From: Candidatus Pacearchaeota archaeon
GTDB taxonomy: Archaea; Nanobdellota; Nanobdellia; Pacearchaeales; UBA284
Reading direction: 5' to 3'
DNA length: 61,095 nt
Assembly (NCBI GenBank): GCA_038894195.1
Contig: JAWAPZ010000003.1
Location: forward strand, 1 to 61,095
This document shows positions 28,434 through 38,711 of the stretch, piece by piece. The position numbers and the translations under genes were made by a program. The notes beneath the pieces are model-generated. The model saw only the letters and a list, made by a program, of their open reading frames with translations. It was not told the origin of the DNA and ran no database searches. The first letter of the stretch is position 1; each line of letters begins with the position of its first letter.

Positions 28434-29713
28434 TTATGCATTTCTCCCCAACTCATTTTCAGTTTAAAAATATATCTTATCAAACCCTCAAGCTGTGTGT
28501 AAGCTAAAAACCAAGTATATGGAATGAAAAAGACAAAATAATGCAATAGGTTTATTTTTTTCCCAGAATACTTCTGAGCAAAACCTAAAAAAATAACTGA
28601 AATTAGAACGCCTGCTAGTCCTAAAATAAACCTTGGATCTGAAAGCAGCACAGAAATATCAAAAAAATTGATTTTAAATTCAAGGACGGGTTTCCACCCA
28701 ATACTAAGCTGGTGTAGTATCGTTGTTATTCCTGCAATAGCACCATAAATAAGCATGACAAGTGCTGCAATTATAAGGGCAATTCCTAGTGCAACAGTAA
28801 CTGGTAGGAAAAATGTTCCTACCATGCCATATTTTGGTGAGATCATATAACTATAATCTTTAAACAAAGCCTGGAAGGTTCCGTGAGCCCATCTAACCCT
28901 TTCTTTGTAAAGTTTACCCAAACTTTCTGGTGCTATAAACCGAACCTGACTATCTATCTGTACTATTTTGTAAAACCTTGATCTAACACGTAACGCAATT
29001 TCAAAATCCTCTGTCCATGTTTTTTCACTATATAGACCAGCCTCTTTAAAAAAACTTGTTCTAAAAATTGAAAAAGCAGGTGTAAAACATAATGCATTGA
29101 TTCTGCTTAATAATTTTCTGAAAAACATCGCCATGACATACTCAACATGCTGCATTTTTTCAAGGAACTTACGAGGTTTATAAGGTAACAAAGGACACGT
29201 TATTGCTACGACATTCGCATCCTGTTCAAAAAAACCCATAGCCTTTTTCAGTATGTCTTTTGCAATAAAAGTATCTGCATCAAGTGGTGCAATAATTTCA
29301 ACATCGAGATTCTTGAGAACATATTTTATTCCTTCATTGAGGACAGGTGCTTTCCTTCCGACACTTTTTTTTCTATCCAATAGAATAATCTTTCTTTTTG
29401 AAGAACTATGCCTTTTAATTAATCTTTTTACAACATCAGAAGTGTTGTCAATGCTTGCATCATTCACAACTACAATATAAATTCTATTTTTGTAATCCTG
29501 GTTTAGTACAGATTTCACACAGCGTTCAATGTATCTTTCAACGTTCTTGGCAGGGATCACAAAGGCCACTTCTGGAAAAAACTTTCTTGCAAGTGGTTCT
29601 TCTTCCTTACCAATAATAAGTACAAGGACATAAAAAAAAGCTATAAAAAATCCGATTGCTAAAATTGGATAAACTGTCCATAAAGGTAACTGCGGTAATA
29701 TTGGAATTGCCAT
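28430..29713 (-). CDS. Processive-type GT2 glycosyltransferase (polysaccharide synthase-like)
   Basis: VIPAKN, NDASID, LDADT, TEDFE, ERVRW; flanking TMs; start reassigned to MAIPIL. Confidence 0.85.
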   Translation of the reverse strand: MAIPILPQLPLWTVYPILAIGFFIAFFYVLVLIIGKEEEPLARKFFPEVAFVIPAKNVERYIERCVKSVLNQDYKNRIYIVVVNDASIDNTSDVVKRLIKRHSSSKRKIILLDRKKSVGRKAPVLNEGIKYVLKNLDVEIIAPLDADTFIAKDILKKAMGFFEQDANVVAITCPLLPYKPRKFLEKMQHVEYVMAMFFRKLLSRINALCFTPAFSIFRTSFFKEAGLYSEKTWTEDFEIALRVRSRFYKIVQIDSQVRFIAPESLGKLYKERVRWAHGTFQALFKDYSYMISPKYGMVGTFFLPVTVALGIALIIAALVMLIYGAIAGITTILHQLSIGWKPVLEFKINFFDISVLLSDPRFILGLAGVLISVIFLGFAQKYSGKKINLLHYFVFFIPYTWFLAYTQLEGLIRYIFKLKMSWGEMHK

Positions 29714-29773
29714 TTTTGATAAAGGAAGAAGGAGTATAAAAGAATTTATATACATTAGGGAATAAAATAAAAT

Positions 29774-30116
29774 ATGCTGGTTAACAAAACAACAAAAAAA
29801 AATAATTACAAAAGAAATCAAAATTTGTGACACGTCCATTAAAAAAGCCCTAGGACTTATGTTCCACAAAAAGACAAATGCGGCTTTTATCTTTTGTTTT
29901 AACAAATCAACTTCTCAGATCATACATAGTTTTTTTGTTTTCTTTCCTCTCTGGCTTGTTTTTCTTGACAAAAACAAAAAAGTTATCTCAACAAGATACC
30001 TAAAACCTTTTCAAATATTTAAACTAAAACAAAAGGGTAGTTATCTTCTTGAATTCTGTGAAAAACCAGAAGTTCAAGAAGGTGATCTTTTAGAATGGAA
30101 AAACCACAAAATATAA
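29774..30116 (+). pseudogene. DUF192 family protein, frameshifted in an A9 run
   Basis: ICDT..KKALGLMF..IHSFFVFFPLWLVFLD; ATG at 29774 is out of frame by one A in 29794-29802. Confidence 0.75.
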
Positions 30117-30187
30117 AAATCATATTTTCATTAGATATAAATAATAATAAATTCAAAAAAGATTGAAAGGATGTTAAAAGAGGTAGA

Positions 30188-31183
30188 ATGAAAAAAGAGA
30201 TTAAGATATCTACACCGATGCCATCAATTTCTGAAAAAGATAAGAGTTTTAAAGCAACCTTCTGGATGTTTGTTGTTATTGCAGTTGCCCTAGGTTTTTT
30301 ACTTGCATTCACAATCACAACAAGTAACTTAATTAAAGATACTCAAACAAAAGTTGAATCAATTTCTGGGAAAGCTTTGTTCAGTTTCTTGGGTGGAGAA
30401 AAAACTTCTGAAACTGAAGAAACCGGAACAACAGATATAAATGAAATATGTGAAAAAATTAGTCAAGAACAAGGCATAACAGTCGAGGAATGTATTGCAA
30501 ATTATGAAAAAAGTAAAGCAGAATTTGATATGGTAAGCAACATAACATACAATTGTACAAGATATGAAACAATCCAGCTTCAAGATTTGCATGATCCAAT
30601 GCTCCTTGTAGCTTATAAAGATTTCAGAACTAGAGACATAGTTTGTTCAAAAGCACAATACACAGAAGGTTATAAACAAGTTGTTGTTACATACTATGGG
30701 AATAGATTTGATAGGAATAGAGGTAAAATTGTAGCAAGATTATCATTTGATTGCTATATAAACGGAAGTATATACAATCATCATGATGAAGAGATGTCAG
30801 TAGATGATATTGGATTTTTCGGAGAAGCATTGAAGATACATACTTACATTGCAACAGGTAATGTTTCAAGGCTATTATTTGTAATACCAAAAACATACAT
30901 TGATTTCTGTAACGCTGGCATGGAACCTTGGCAACATGACCAGTGGGGCGGTTTGTATGGAACCAATGGCGGCGGTGGAGGTGGCGGTGGTAATCCCAGT
31001 GGTCCATGTGATTTCGCAGGCACAACTTTTAGCTATGGAGATATACTTGAATGTTATAACCTGTGTATGGGTCATTGTGGATGGTGGTGCCAATATAACG
31101 CAGTCCCAAATCATCCATGTAGTAGGTTGTATTATGCCTGTTTTTACACCGGAGATTGTGTATGCGCTTGCAGAGAACCGTAG
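30188..31183 (+). CDS. Membrane-anchored surface protein with poly-Gly linker and Cys-rich tip
   Basis: N-terminal TM, G7 linker, 10 Cys in the C-terminal tip. Confidence 0.75.
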   Translation: MKKEIKISTPMPSISEKDKSFKATFWMFVVIAVALGFLLAFTITTSNLIKDTQTKVESISGKALFSFLGGEKTSETEETGTTDINEICEKISQEQGITVEECIANYEKSKAEFDMVSNITYNCTRYETIQLQDLHDPMLLVAYKDFRTRDIVCSKAQYTEGYKQVVVTYYGNRFDRNRGKIVARLSFDCYINGSIYNHHDEEMSVDDIGFFGEALKIHTYIATGNVSRLLFVIPKTYIDFCNAGMEPWQHDQWGGLYGTNGGGGGGGGNPSGPCDFAGTTFSYGDILECYNLCMGHCGWWCQYNAVPNHPCSRLYYACFYTGDCVCACREP

Positions 31184-31215
31184 TAATATATAATAGCTTA
31201 ATTTTTTTTTCTATT

Positions 31216-31557
31216 TTAAATTCTAAGAACAAGACAGATTTCTCTAAAAATCTTGTTGTCATTAGTTTTAACAAAATCCTCTGCCTTTTTCAAAAAATAA
31301 ATAATTTCTTTAGACTTTGCAGAGTTTAGAAAAAAATGTAATTCTTGGGTTGACTTTTTAATTAATAGAAATTTGTTATTGAGACCAACTTTAATTGCAT
31401 AGTTGATAGCTCGTCTACCTTTATTTGTTTGCGTTATCCAAGATGGCATTCCTTTGGTAAGATTATAGATAGCAGTATGCCTTCCGCCCCACACCCCTCT
31501 GCTACGAAGATTATCAATAATAAAAAATAAAACTTTAACTATAAGCTCTTTTTCCAT
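31216..31557 (-). CDS. Small basic hypothetical protein (possible winged-helix/toxin)
   Basis: WGGRHT..NL.KG.P pattern; divergent from an HTH gene. Confidence 0.55.
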   Translation of the reverse strand: MEKELIVKVLFFIIDNLRSRGVWGGRHTAIYNLTKGMPSWITQTNKGRRAINYAIKVGLNNKFLLIKKSTQELHFFLNSAKSKEIIYFLKKAEDFVKTNDNKIFREICLVLRI

Positions 31558-31601
31558 AGCATTTTAAATAAAAAAATATATTTAAAAGTTATCCTACAAA
31601 A

Positions 31602-31619
31602 TGAACCAATAGTGGCTCA
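31602..31619. promoter_or_regulatory. Candidate operator
   Basis: TGAACCA-N4-TGGCTCA imperfect palindrome between divergent TATA boxes. Confidence 0.5.
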
Positions 31620-31657
31620 AAAGAAAGATTTAAAAATATTCAGATATTATAATTTCT

Positions 31658-31975
31658 ATGAAAAAAGAAAAAACAATCTTTTTACAATACATCGGAGACT
31701 CGCCAAGAACAAAAATACTAGACTTTTTAATAAACGGCAGAATGTTTGACTATAGCTTAACAGAAATATCAAAAAAAGCTGGGATTAGCTGGAGCACTTT
31801 CAAGAGAATCTGGCCAGATTTTATAAAACAAAAATTAGTAATACAAACAAGAACAATAGGAAACGCCAAACTATTTAAAATAAATTTAGAGAATTCTTTT
31901 ATACAAAAACTATTAGAACTGAGAGAAAAAATACTCGAAGAAGCAACTTCAAAAAAAATTCTCATCCCAGTTTAA
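31658..31975 (+). CDS. Winged-HTH transcriptional regulator
   Basis: KILDFL..YSLTEISKKAGISWST..TRTIGNAKLFKIN. Confidence 0.8.
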   Translation: MKKEKTIFLQYIGDSPRTKILDFLINGRMFDYSLTEISKKAGISWSTFKRIWPDFIKQKLVIQTRTIGNAKLFKINLENSFIQKLLELREKILEEATSKKILIPV

Positions 31976-31983
31976 TCTCGCCC

Positions 31984-32718
31984 TCATTTTACTTCTTCAT
32001 AATCTTCTAATGAGCCAATATCTTTCCAAGAACCCTGGAAAACATAACCATAAACATCTTCATGCTTGCATAACTCTTGAAAAAAATGAGTCACGCCAAG
32101 ATCAGGATTTGCCTTCCAATCGTTTTGAGCTTTTTTATAAAATTCTCTTAACAAGTTAAGATCTTCCTTCTTGATAATATAAATTCCTGTAACAACCAAA
32201 GAACTTCTTGCTTCTTTAGGTTTTTCTTCAATGCTTAAAATTTTTGCTTGTTCATCTAATTCAACAACACCATACTTGTAAGCCCGCTCTTTCTTTTTTA
32301 AATCATGAAGAGCAATGCAACTTGTCTTTTTGTCAAAAAAGAAATCAACAAAAGATTCGAGATCAAAATCAAAAAACAGATCACCATATACAACAAGAAT
32401 ATCATCATTAATTTTTTCTTGTTCTAAAACAAAAAGTAGATCATGAACGCTTCCTTTCCGGTCTTCTACACTTTTTGAGCCTGTACTCAAAACCTCAATT
32501 TTTCTTTTTTTATTTTCGTTGTTCTTGCTTAACCACCAAACAAAATTCATGTAAAACTTTTCATTTGAAACAATAAAAATTCCTATATTTTTTGGAATTC
32601 TTTCAAGAATATATTCAAGTAATGCTTTTCCTTTGATAGACAATAAAGCTTTGGGTTGTTCTAAAGTCAAAGGATAAAGCCTTGTTCCATAGCCAGCACA
32701 AAACACCACTGCTTTCAT
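31984..32718 (-). CDS. Sugar-phosphate nucleotidyltransferase
   Basis: AGYGTRLYPLT..PKALL, GDL, EEKP, WKDIG. Confidence 0.93.
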   Translation of the reverse strand: MKAVVFCAGYGTRLYPLTLEQPKALLSIKGKALLEYILERIPKNIGIFIVSNEKFYMNFVWWLSKNNENKKRKIEVLSTGSKSVEDRKGSVHDLLFVLEQEKINDDILVVYGDLFFDFDLESFVDFFFDKKTSCIALHDLKKKERAYKYGVVELDEQAKILSIEEKPKEARSSLVVTGIYIIKKEDLNLLREFYKKAQNDWKANPDLGVTHFFQELCKHEDVYGYVFQGSWKDIGSLEDYEEVK

Positions 32719-32858
32719 TCTAAAAGGAAGAAAAATGGATTTATAAAAGTTAGGTAACTAGACACATCCTTTTTAATTTTCTATACAAACTACCTCTTAA
32801 AAAACCAGAATTATTAAAAAAAAGAAAAATAAAATTAAAAAATAAAATTTAGTAAAAT

Positions 32859-32987
32859 TTATCTTTTTTTCTTTTTCTTTCTCCCACCGCGGGCCATTTT
32901 TGCTTCACAGACATTTCCCTTACCGTCGACATAATACAAAAATCCCTTTTTTCTCTTAACGGCATTCTTAATTAAAACTCTTCCCAT
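32859..32987 (-). CDS. 42-aa basic protein (absent from ORF track)
   Basis: MGRVLIKNAVKRKKGFLYYVDGKGNVCEAKMARGGRKKKKKR; AGGAGGT SD. Confidence 0.8.
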   Translation of the reverse strand: MGRVLIKNAVKRKKGFLYYVDGKGNVCEAKMARGGRKKKKKR

Positions 32988-33047
32988 TTTTTTACCTCCT
33001 TTGCCATTTAAATAAACATTAACAATAATTTAATAATTAACTTATAT

Positions 33048-33473
33048 TTAAACCTTTCTATCACCGACGATACTGTCATTGATAGAGAATCCCAAATTTT
33101 TGGCTTTCAAATCTTTAAATTTTTGAAATAATTTTTTCACTTCTCGTTCTTTAACAAAATTGTGATGCAAAAATCCCCCTTTGAAACTTTTTGGAATATG
33201 CAAAAGTTCATGGATTAGAATTTTTATTTTTTCTTCATCGCTTAATTTATCGAATTTTTCTGAAATAACTTCAATGACATAAGCCGGTTCTGTTTTCAAA
33301 GCTTTCTGCAATAAAACTGGTAGTGAATGACACCTTGCAACAACATTTCTTGAACTAGAACCTCGGCTTTTAAAACAAAAAACTCTTTCTGTGTGTATAT
33401 GTTTGAAACCGAGTAACTCGACAATCTCTTTAATTACAGAATTCAATTCAGGGGATTCTTCATAACGAATCAT
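33048..33473 (-). CDS. Putative metallopeptidase
   Basis: HELLH motif; ARCH..P..L. Confidence 0.75.
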   Translation of the reverse strand: MIRYEESPELNSVIKEIVELLGFKHIHTERVFCFKSRGSSSRNVVARCHSLPVLLQKALKTEPAYVIEVISEKFDKLSDEEKIKILIHELLHIPKSFKGGFLHHNFVKEREVKKLFQKFKDLKAKNLGFSINDSIVGDRKV

Positions 33474-33551
33474 GAACTAATATCATGAAATGAATATTTA
33501 AATTTTTACGACCTCAGTAAAATTTAAAACCAGAGAAATCCTAAAATAAAG

Positions 33552-36500
33552 ATGGCAAAAGAGGAAAAAACAAGAAAAAAAACGAGCGAGCCTTCTTATG
33601 TATCTTGGCGAGCGAGTTTTTTTTTGGTTTTGATTTTGATGTGTGCTATTATGCTAACGGATAAAGTATATGCTAGCGAGTCTTGTCCTGACAATATTAA
33701 GATTCAAGCAGATGGAAGCATCTCCATGGAGCAAAGATATGATCCTAACGATTATTTTAATGTTAGTGGAAATATATACAATTTAAAGAGAAGTTTATCG
33801 GGTTGTAGATATAGTGGTATCCGAATATTAAGGAGGGGTATTACACTAAACTGTAATGGGTATTCTATTTATGGGGATGCGGCAGGAAACGACCGCGGAA
33901 TTTGGATTATTAATGCTAATGCGGTTACCATAACAAATTGCTATATCGGTATGTTCTGGGCTGGAATCGAAGTAGAAGATTCAAACACTGTAGTTATAAT
34001 AAAAAACACAATAGATGGCTATGATTACGACCCGCACGAATATGGAGTTTATTTAAAAAATTCTAAATATAGTCAAATTTTATCAAACACAATAAAAGAT
34101 TGGAAGACGAGTATTAGATTAGAAAATTCTAACAATACTTCAATCAGCTATAACTCTATAAATGTAAAAAATAGTCTTATTGGAAGAGTAAGAGAGGGTA
34201 TTTTTATATGGGGGGGTTCTTCCTACAACACAATTGAGTTTAATAATATATATACCGCATCAAACAACACATGGGGGATACAGGTAGGAGGCGCATCAGG
34301 TAGTCCAACAATACAAAATAACATAACACACAACACCATTGAAAATTTATCAACAGGGATCTATATTGGTATTAAGGCTAACAATACCAAAATCACAAAT
34401 AACAGAATTTGCTCCAAGGTATTTGACATCAGGAATGTATCTAATACACATATCACTTGTGAGTATAATATGTTTAACGGAAGTAAAATAAGTGAAGGGC
34501 TCTGCCTTAGTAATACCAATATTCGTGAGTGTAAAACATGTTCGGGATGTGTAAGAAGTGATACTAATAAATGTTCAATTTACTGCCCTGGACGAGGTTC
34601 AAATTTCCCTTCAGGATTGCCAGAAAGTCCTAACAGCTGGTGTAATCTCATGCCCCTTGTACCACAATATGGTGGAATTAACTGCAATGAACAAAGCCCA
34701 ACAGGTCGATGCCTTGGTTGCGGCGGAAATGCAACAAATGCAACTGGTGGTGAGGATACTTGTTCAAGTTGCGCAGACTGTACAACAAAATTAAGTAACC
34801 CCAATTACCAAGTTATAAAGTTAAACTACGATATTACAAACGTCGTAGGAGATTGCATTAATCTACAAAATATAAACGGTCAAGGAAGAATTTTTGACTG
34901 TCAAGGACACAGTATTGCAGGACCGGGAAGTAATATAGCAGAAGCAATTTACATAAAAAACTCGCAAAATTTCACATTTGTTAATTGTAATCTTAGTAAT
35001 TTTAAGTACGGCATAGAAATTGATGATTCTTCTCATATAAGTATAAGTAACACGAACATAAGTTCAATGGAAAAGGGAATTTATGCTCATGGAACTAGTC
35101 GTTCACTCAATATTTCACAAAATAAAATTTTTAATAATGAAGACCGTGGTATTTATATTGATCCAACATACTCGATAACAAACGCAATGATAATTATAAA
35201 AAATAATGATATAACAAACAGTTCAGGTTCTAGAAATAAAGGTGCTTTGTATTTAAGTGGTGTTAGAGGCACAACATCAGACAATCTTGTTGAATTGAAC
35301 AGGATCTGCGACAATAAATTAGATTTAAAAATATCTAGTTCAAATTTAAGTCTTATAAATAACAAGTACGACCGTATCGATACTAGTGGAACTAATCAAA
35401 TTGTTAGTTCAGGAAATGAACCATGCCTGTGCAACTTAACCTCAGCAACTTTAACACCAAATTGTCCTCCAGAAGGATGTAATCTCGGAGACAACATTAC
35501 ACTAGAAGCAGAATTATCTGGCTGTGACAATGGTACACTTGTAATAAATGTTTATGGCGAGGCATATGGTAAAACCTGCAGCATGAATTTATCTGTTCCA
35601 TGCTCAGTTTCAGGAAATTCTTGTTCAAAAGATTACACTATAGGTTATGTTCCTCAAAATTGTACTGGCATGCAAGTCGGACCAACACGTGCTTGGATAT
35701 ATTCCAACACAAATTTGATTAATGAAACCACAAATGTAAATGGAAATTTCATTTTTGGTGACATTCCTTTGCTTAAGAGAATTTTTGTTTTGCCAAAATA
35801 TGTCGCGATACCTAGAGACAACGAGGACTGTGACAAAGCTTATCTTTACACAACCGCCGTTTATGAAGGTGGTTTTAATCTTGATATCTCAACTCATGCA
35901 TTCACAAATTATAGCACTAACTCAAGCCAGATTGCTTATCCTTACCTGAATGACCCAACCCGTCCAAAAAATATGTTTGACAGTGGTTTTTCATTGCAAT
36001 CAGGACATTCAAATATAACAGCAAAATTCCCTGTTGACTCATGGAATTCAAATTGGCTAGTTTTCCAAAACAACTCAAGCGCTAAAATATTTTCTCCGCC
36101 ACCGAATTTACACATCGTTTGTCTCGATACCTCTATCAACAACAGCCAGTGCGGATACGACGGTTGTAACATTGGAGAAAACATAACTATAAAAATAAAA
36201 TTTTCTAATAACAAAAATACTGTAAATAATTATATTAATAATATAAGTATATGGGCGATGTCAGATGAAACATGTCCTTTCTATACACTATCCACAAGGA
36301 TCACCCCATCGACCGAATGCATAGACGTTGGCTTGTACTCTATCTGTGAAAAAAATTTGACCATCAGCAGCATCCCTGCTGGTTGTGAAGGTAAAACTAT
36401 GTTAGTATACGAGACACTAGTCTATAATAATTCAGGTAACATAATTGATGCAAGATTTGGTACTCCCCCAGATTTTTTCGGCAATTTCTCTTTTTATCAA

Positions 36501-38711
36501 GAACTTCCAGGAGCAGACATGATTGAAATTGTTCCGTGGCCAAATTGGGAAATTCAGCAAGGCGAGTTCGTTGAATATCAAGCATGGGCAATAAACTTAA
36601 CAAGTCACGCAACATATAATTTAACTTCCGAGCCCTACTACAGTAACACGCTTTTCAATTCAAGTAACACAACTGTTGCAAACAATCCAGGAGAACCAAG
36701 ATACAAATTTCGTGGAATAAATTTTGGAGAAGCAGAAATAACGATAAAATATCCTAAACAAGCATTTCCAGGGGTAACACCAGTAAGTAATACAACCACA
36801 CTATCCGTTTACCCTAACACTGGATGCAAGATTTTTGATGCAAAAATAACTCCATACTGTACTGACAACGGCAAATGCCAAGATGGTGATCAGATTACTT
36901 TAAATGTAACTGTAAATGCAACTTGTCTAAATCTTGGTATGAACAAAATTATAATGAACTTTTCTGAGCATTTGAACGAGGCATCGCCTTCAGAAAGATG
37001 CCGGTTCGGATTGGTTGCTGAAGATTTAGAATTGAATGAGTGTGATTGGTCTGCCCCGTCAGGCACAAAAGTCTGTGCTAGAAATGTTTCATTGAGTAAC
37101 CTGCCAGCCCCATGTGCTGGAAAAACAGTTTATGCTTATGGTGTCACTGTTAAAAATTCTTCTGGTTTTTTGGCTTCTCTTACAAGAACAGTATTCCCTG
37201 GCTTTGGTAACTTTACTTTTTCCGGGCTAATCGGAAGATTATGGGTAAAAATAACAAGTCCTGAAGACGGAAGTATTTTTGCTTACTCCAATCCTCCAGA
37301 GATTCAGTTTAATCTGACAAGTGGTCCCCATGGAAGAATATCCAACTGGAGTTGGTACATTAAAAAAGAAGAAGAAACTAACTGGTATAAATTTTATAAC
37401 ACAACAGAGGAATCACAAGCAAATACTACGGCTAATCTTCGCGATTATATCCAAGAAACTAATCGAGGTCCAGGTTCTTATAAAATTAAGGCAGAAGTTA
37501 GAAATCAAACTAGTATGGCTGATGATACAATTAATATATATTTTTGCAAACCAGGAGTGCCATGTGCAATAATTTCAGAGCCGCATGAAGATGAAATCAT
37601 AAAAAAGGGTGTAACAGCAAGTGGAAGTATGCGAGTCTTTTTTAATGGCTCACGAAGTTTTGATTCAAATGCTAACCCACCAGACAATTTTAATTTAACC
37701 TGGTTCTTTGATATAACAAATAGAACAAAAAAAGTAACAGGATTATATAATAGAACTAATATAACACCACATCTTTATGAAAAATCTTATATTGAAAGAT
37801 CAGCGATTACTGCTGAACTAAATGCGAGTGATGGACAAAATTCAACTATTGACTTAGTAAACTTCAGTTTTGGTTATTGCCAAGAGCAAGGACAAAAAGT
37901 TTTTCCTGGTCAATGTCTGAACCAAAAGTACTGTAATGGAAGTAATTGTAATGGAAGAATATGTACTCTTAATCCAGATTGCAGAGCATATGATTGTTGT
38001 CCTGGTCCGCCATACTGTGATTATCTTACAGGCCAGTGCATTGTAACACAATCAGCTCTTGGTTGTGGATCTCGAACATCGCGAAACACGTGTCAAAACT
38101 CTTCAACAACATTTCCAACGAGAGGTTGTTTCTGGAATGCTACACAAGCTTCTGGTAATTACTGCAAGAACTGCACACCAGCACCACCAGGACCCCTGAT
38201 GTGTAGAGATTATAACAATCAATGGGCATGTGATAATGATATTTATGGTTGTAATGTTGGTGCCACGGGTCCTGATGCAAGAACAATCCTAGGAAAAAGA
38301 GAAAATACAAGTGGAGTTGAATATGAAGCAATAGCAACAAGATGTAGCTGGTCCACAGCCAGCAATAATTGTACCTTAAACGTGACCTGGAGTCCAGTAA
38401 TTGGTGGGGGGGGAGGTGGTGGCCCTGGTGATTATTCCTGCAATTACTATCCTTCTATTAGTGATTGCGGACCACCAGAAGGTTGCACAACAAACACAGG
38501 AAGAAAAGGAAGATGGATAAACCTAACTGCATTATCTAACGGAAATTGCCTAAACTACTCAACATGTCAAGCCTGTGGCATAGGTTTTGAAAGATTACCT
38601 TTCTTTGAAGCATGGCATATGTTAGTTGCTGCTTGTTTAATTGCAATGTTATACTTTTTAATACAAAAAAATAACATAAAAATTAAGAATTTAAGGGAAA
38701 AAAATGAATAA
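33552..38711 (+). CDS. Giant surface protein with parallel beta-helix repeats and Cys-rich modules
   Basis: Two NosD/CASH-like repeat regions, PKD-like FNGSRSFD domain, C-terminal TM. Confidence 0.8.
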   Translation: MAKEEKTRKKTSEPSYVSWRASFFLVLILMCAIMLTDKVYASESCPDNIKIQADGSISMEQRYDPNDYFNVSGNIYNLKRSLSGCRYSGIRILRRGITLNCNGYSIYGDAAGNDRGIWIINANAVTITNCYIGMFWAGIEVEDSNTVVIIKNTIDGYDYDPHEYGVYLKNSKYSQILSNTIKDWKTSIRLENSNNTSISYNSINVKNSLIGRVREGIFIWGGSSYNTIEFNNIYTASNNTWGIQVGGASGSPTIQNNITHNTIENLSTGIYIGIKANNTKITNNRICSKVFDIRNVSNTHITCEYNMFNGSKISEGLCLSNTNIRECKTCSGCVRSDTNKCSIYCPGRGSNFPSGLPESPNSWCNLMPLVPQYGGINCNEQSPTGRCLGCGGNATNATGGEDTCSSCADCTTKLSNPNYQVIKLNYDITNVVGDCINLQNINGQGRIFDCQGHSIAGPGSNIAEAIYIKNSQNFTFVNCNLSNFKYGIEIDDSSHISISNTNISSMEKGIYAHGTSRSLNISQNKIFNNEDRGIYIDPTYSITNAMIIIKNNDITNSSGSRNKGALYLSGVRGTTSDNLVELNRICDNKLDLKISSSNLSLINNKYDRIDTSGTNQIVSSGNEPCLCNLTSATLTPNCPPEGCNLGDNITLEAELSGCDNGTLVINVYGEAYGKTCSMNLSVPCSVSGNSCSKDYTIGYVPQNCTGMQVGPTRAWIYSNTNLINETTNVNGNFIFGDIPLLKRIFVLPKYVAIPRDNEDCDKAYLYTTAVYEGGFNLDISTHAFTNYSTNSSQIAYPYLNDPTRPKNMFDSGFSLQSGHSNITAKFPVDSWNSNWLVFQNNSSAKIFSPPPNLHIVCLDTSINNSQCGYDGCNIGENITIKIKFSNNKNTVNNYINNISIWAMSDETCPFYTLSTRITPSTECIDVGLYSICEKNLTISSIPAGCEGKTMLVYETLVYNNSGNIIDARFGTPPDFFGNFSFYQELPGADMIEIVPWPNWEIQQGEFVEYQAWAINLTSHATYNLTSEPYYSNTLFNSSNTTVANNPGEPRYKFRGINFGEAEITIKYPKQAFPGVTPVSNTTTLSVYPNTGCKIFDAKITPYCTDNGKCQDGDQITLNVTVNATCLNLGMNKIIMNFSEHLNEASPSERCRFGLVAEDLELNECDWSAPSGTKVCARNVSLSNLPAPCAGKTVYAYGVTVKNSSGFLASLTRTVFPGFGNFTFSGLIGRLWVKITSPEDGSIFAYSNPPEIQFNLTSGPHGRISNWSWYIKKEEETNWYKFYNTTEESQANTTANLRDYIQETNRGPGSYKIKAEVRNQTSMADDTINIYFCKPGVPCAIISEPHEDEIIKKGVTASGSMRVFFNGSRSFDSNANPPDNFNLTWFFDITNRTKKVTGLYNRTNITPHLYEKSYIERSAITAELNASDGQNSTIDLVNFSFGYCQEQGQKVFPGQCLNQKYCNGSNCNGRICTLNPDCRAYDCCPGPPYCDYLTGQCIVTQSALGCGSRTSRNTCQNSSTTFPTRGCFWNATQASGNYCKNCTPAPPGPLMCRDYNNQWACDNDIYGCNVGATGPDARTILGKRENTSGVEYEAIATRCSWSTASNNCTLNVTWSPVIGGGGGGGPGDYSCNYYPSISDCGPPEGCTTNTGRKGRWINLTALSNGNCLNYSTCQACGIGFERLPFFEAWHMLVAACLIAMLYFLIQKNNIKIKNLREKNE

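Noticed and set aside
29714-29905. N-terminal extension of the GT2 ORF
   Set aside because: Antisense to the DUF192 gene; the real start is likely 29713
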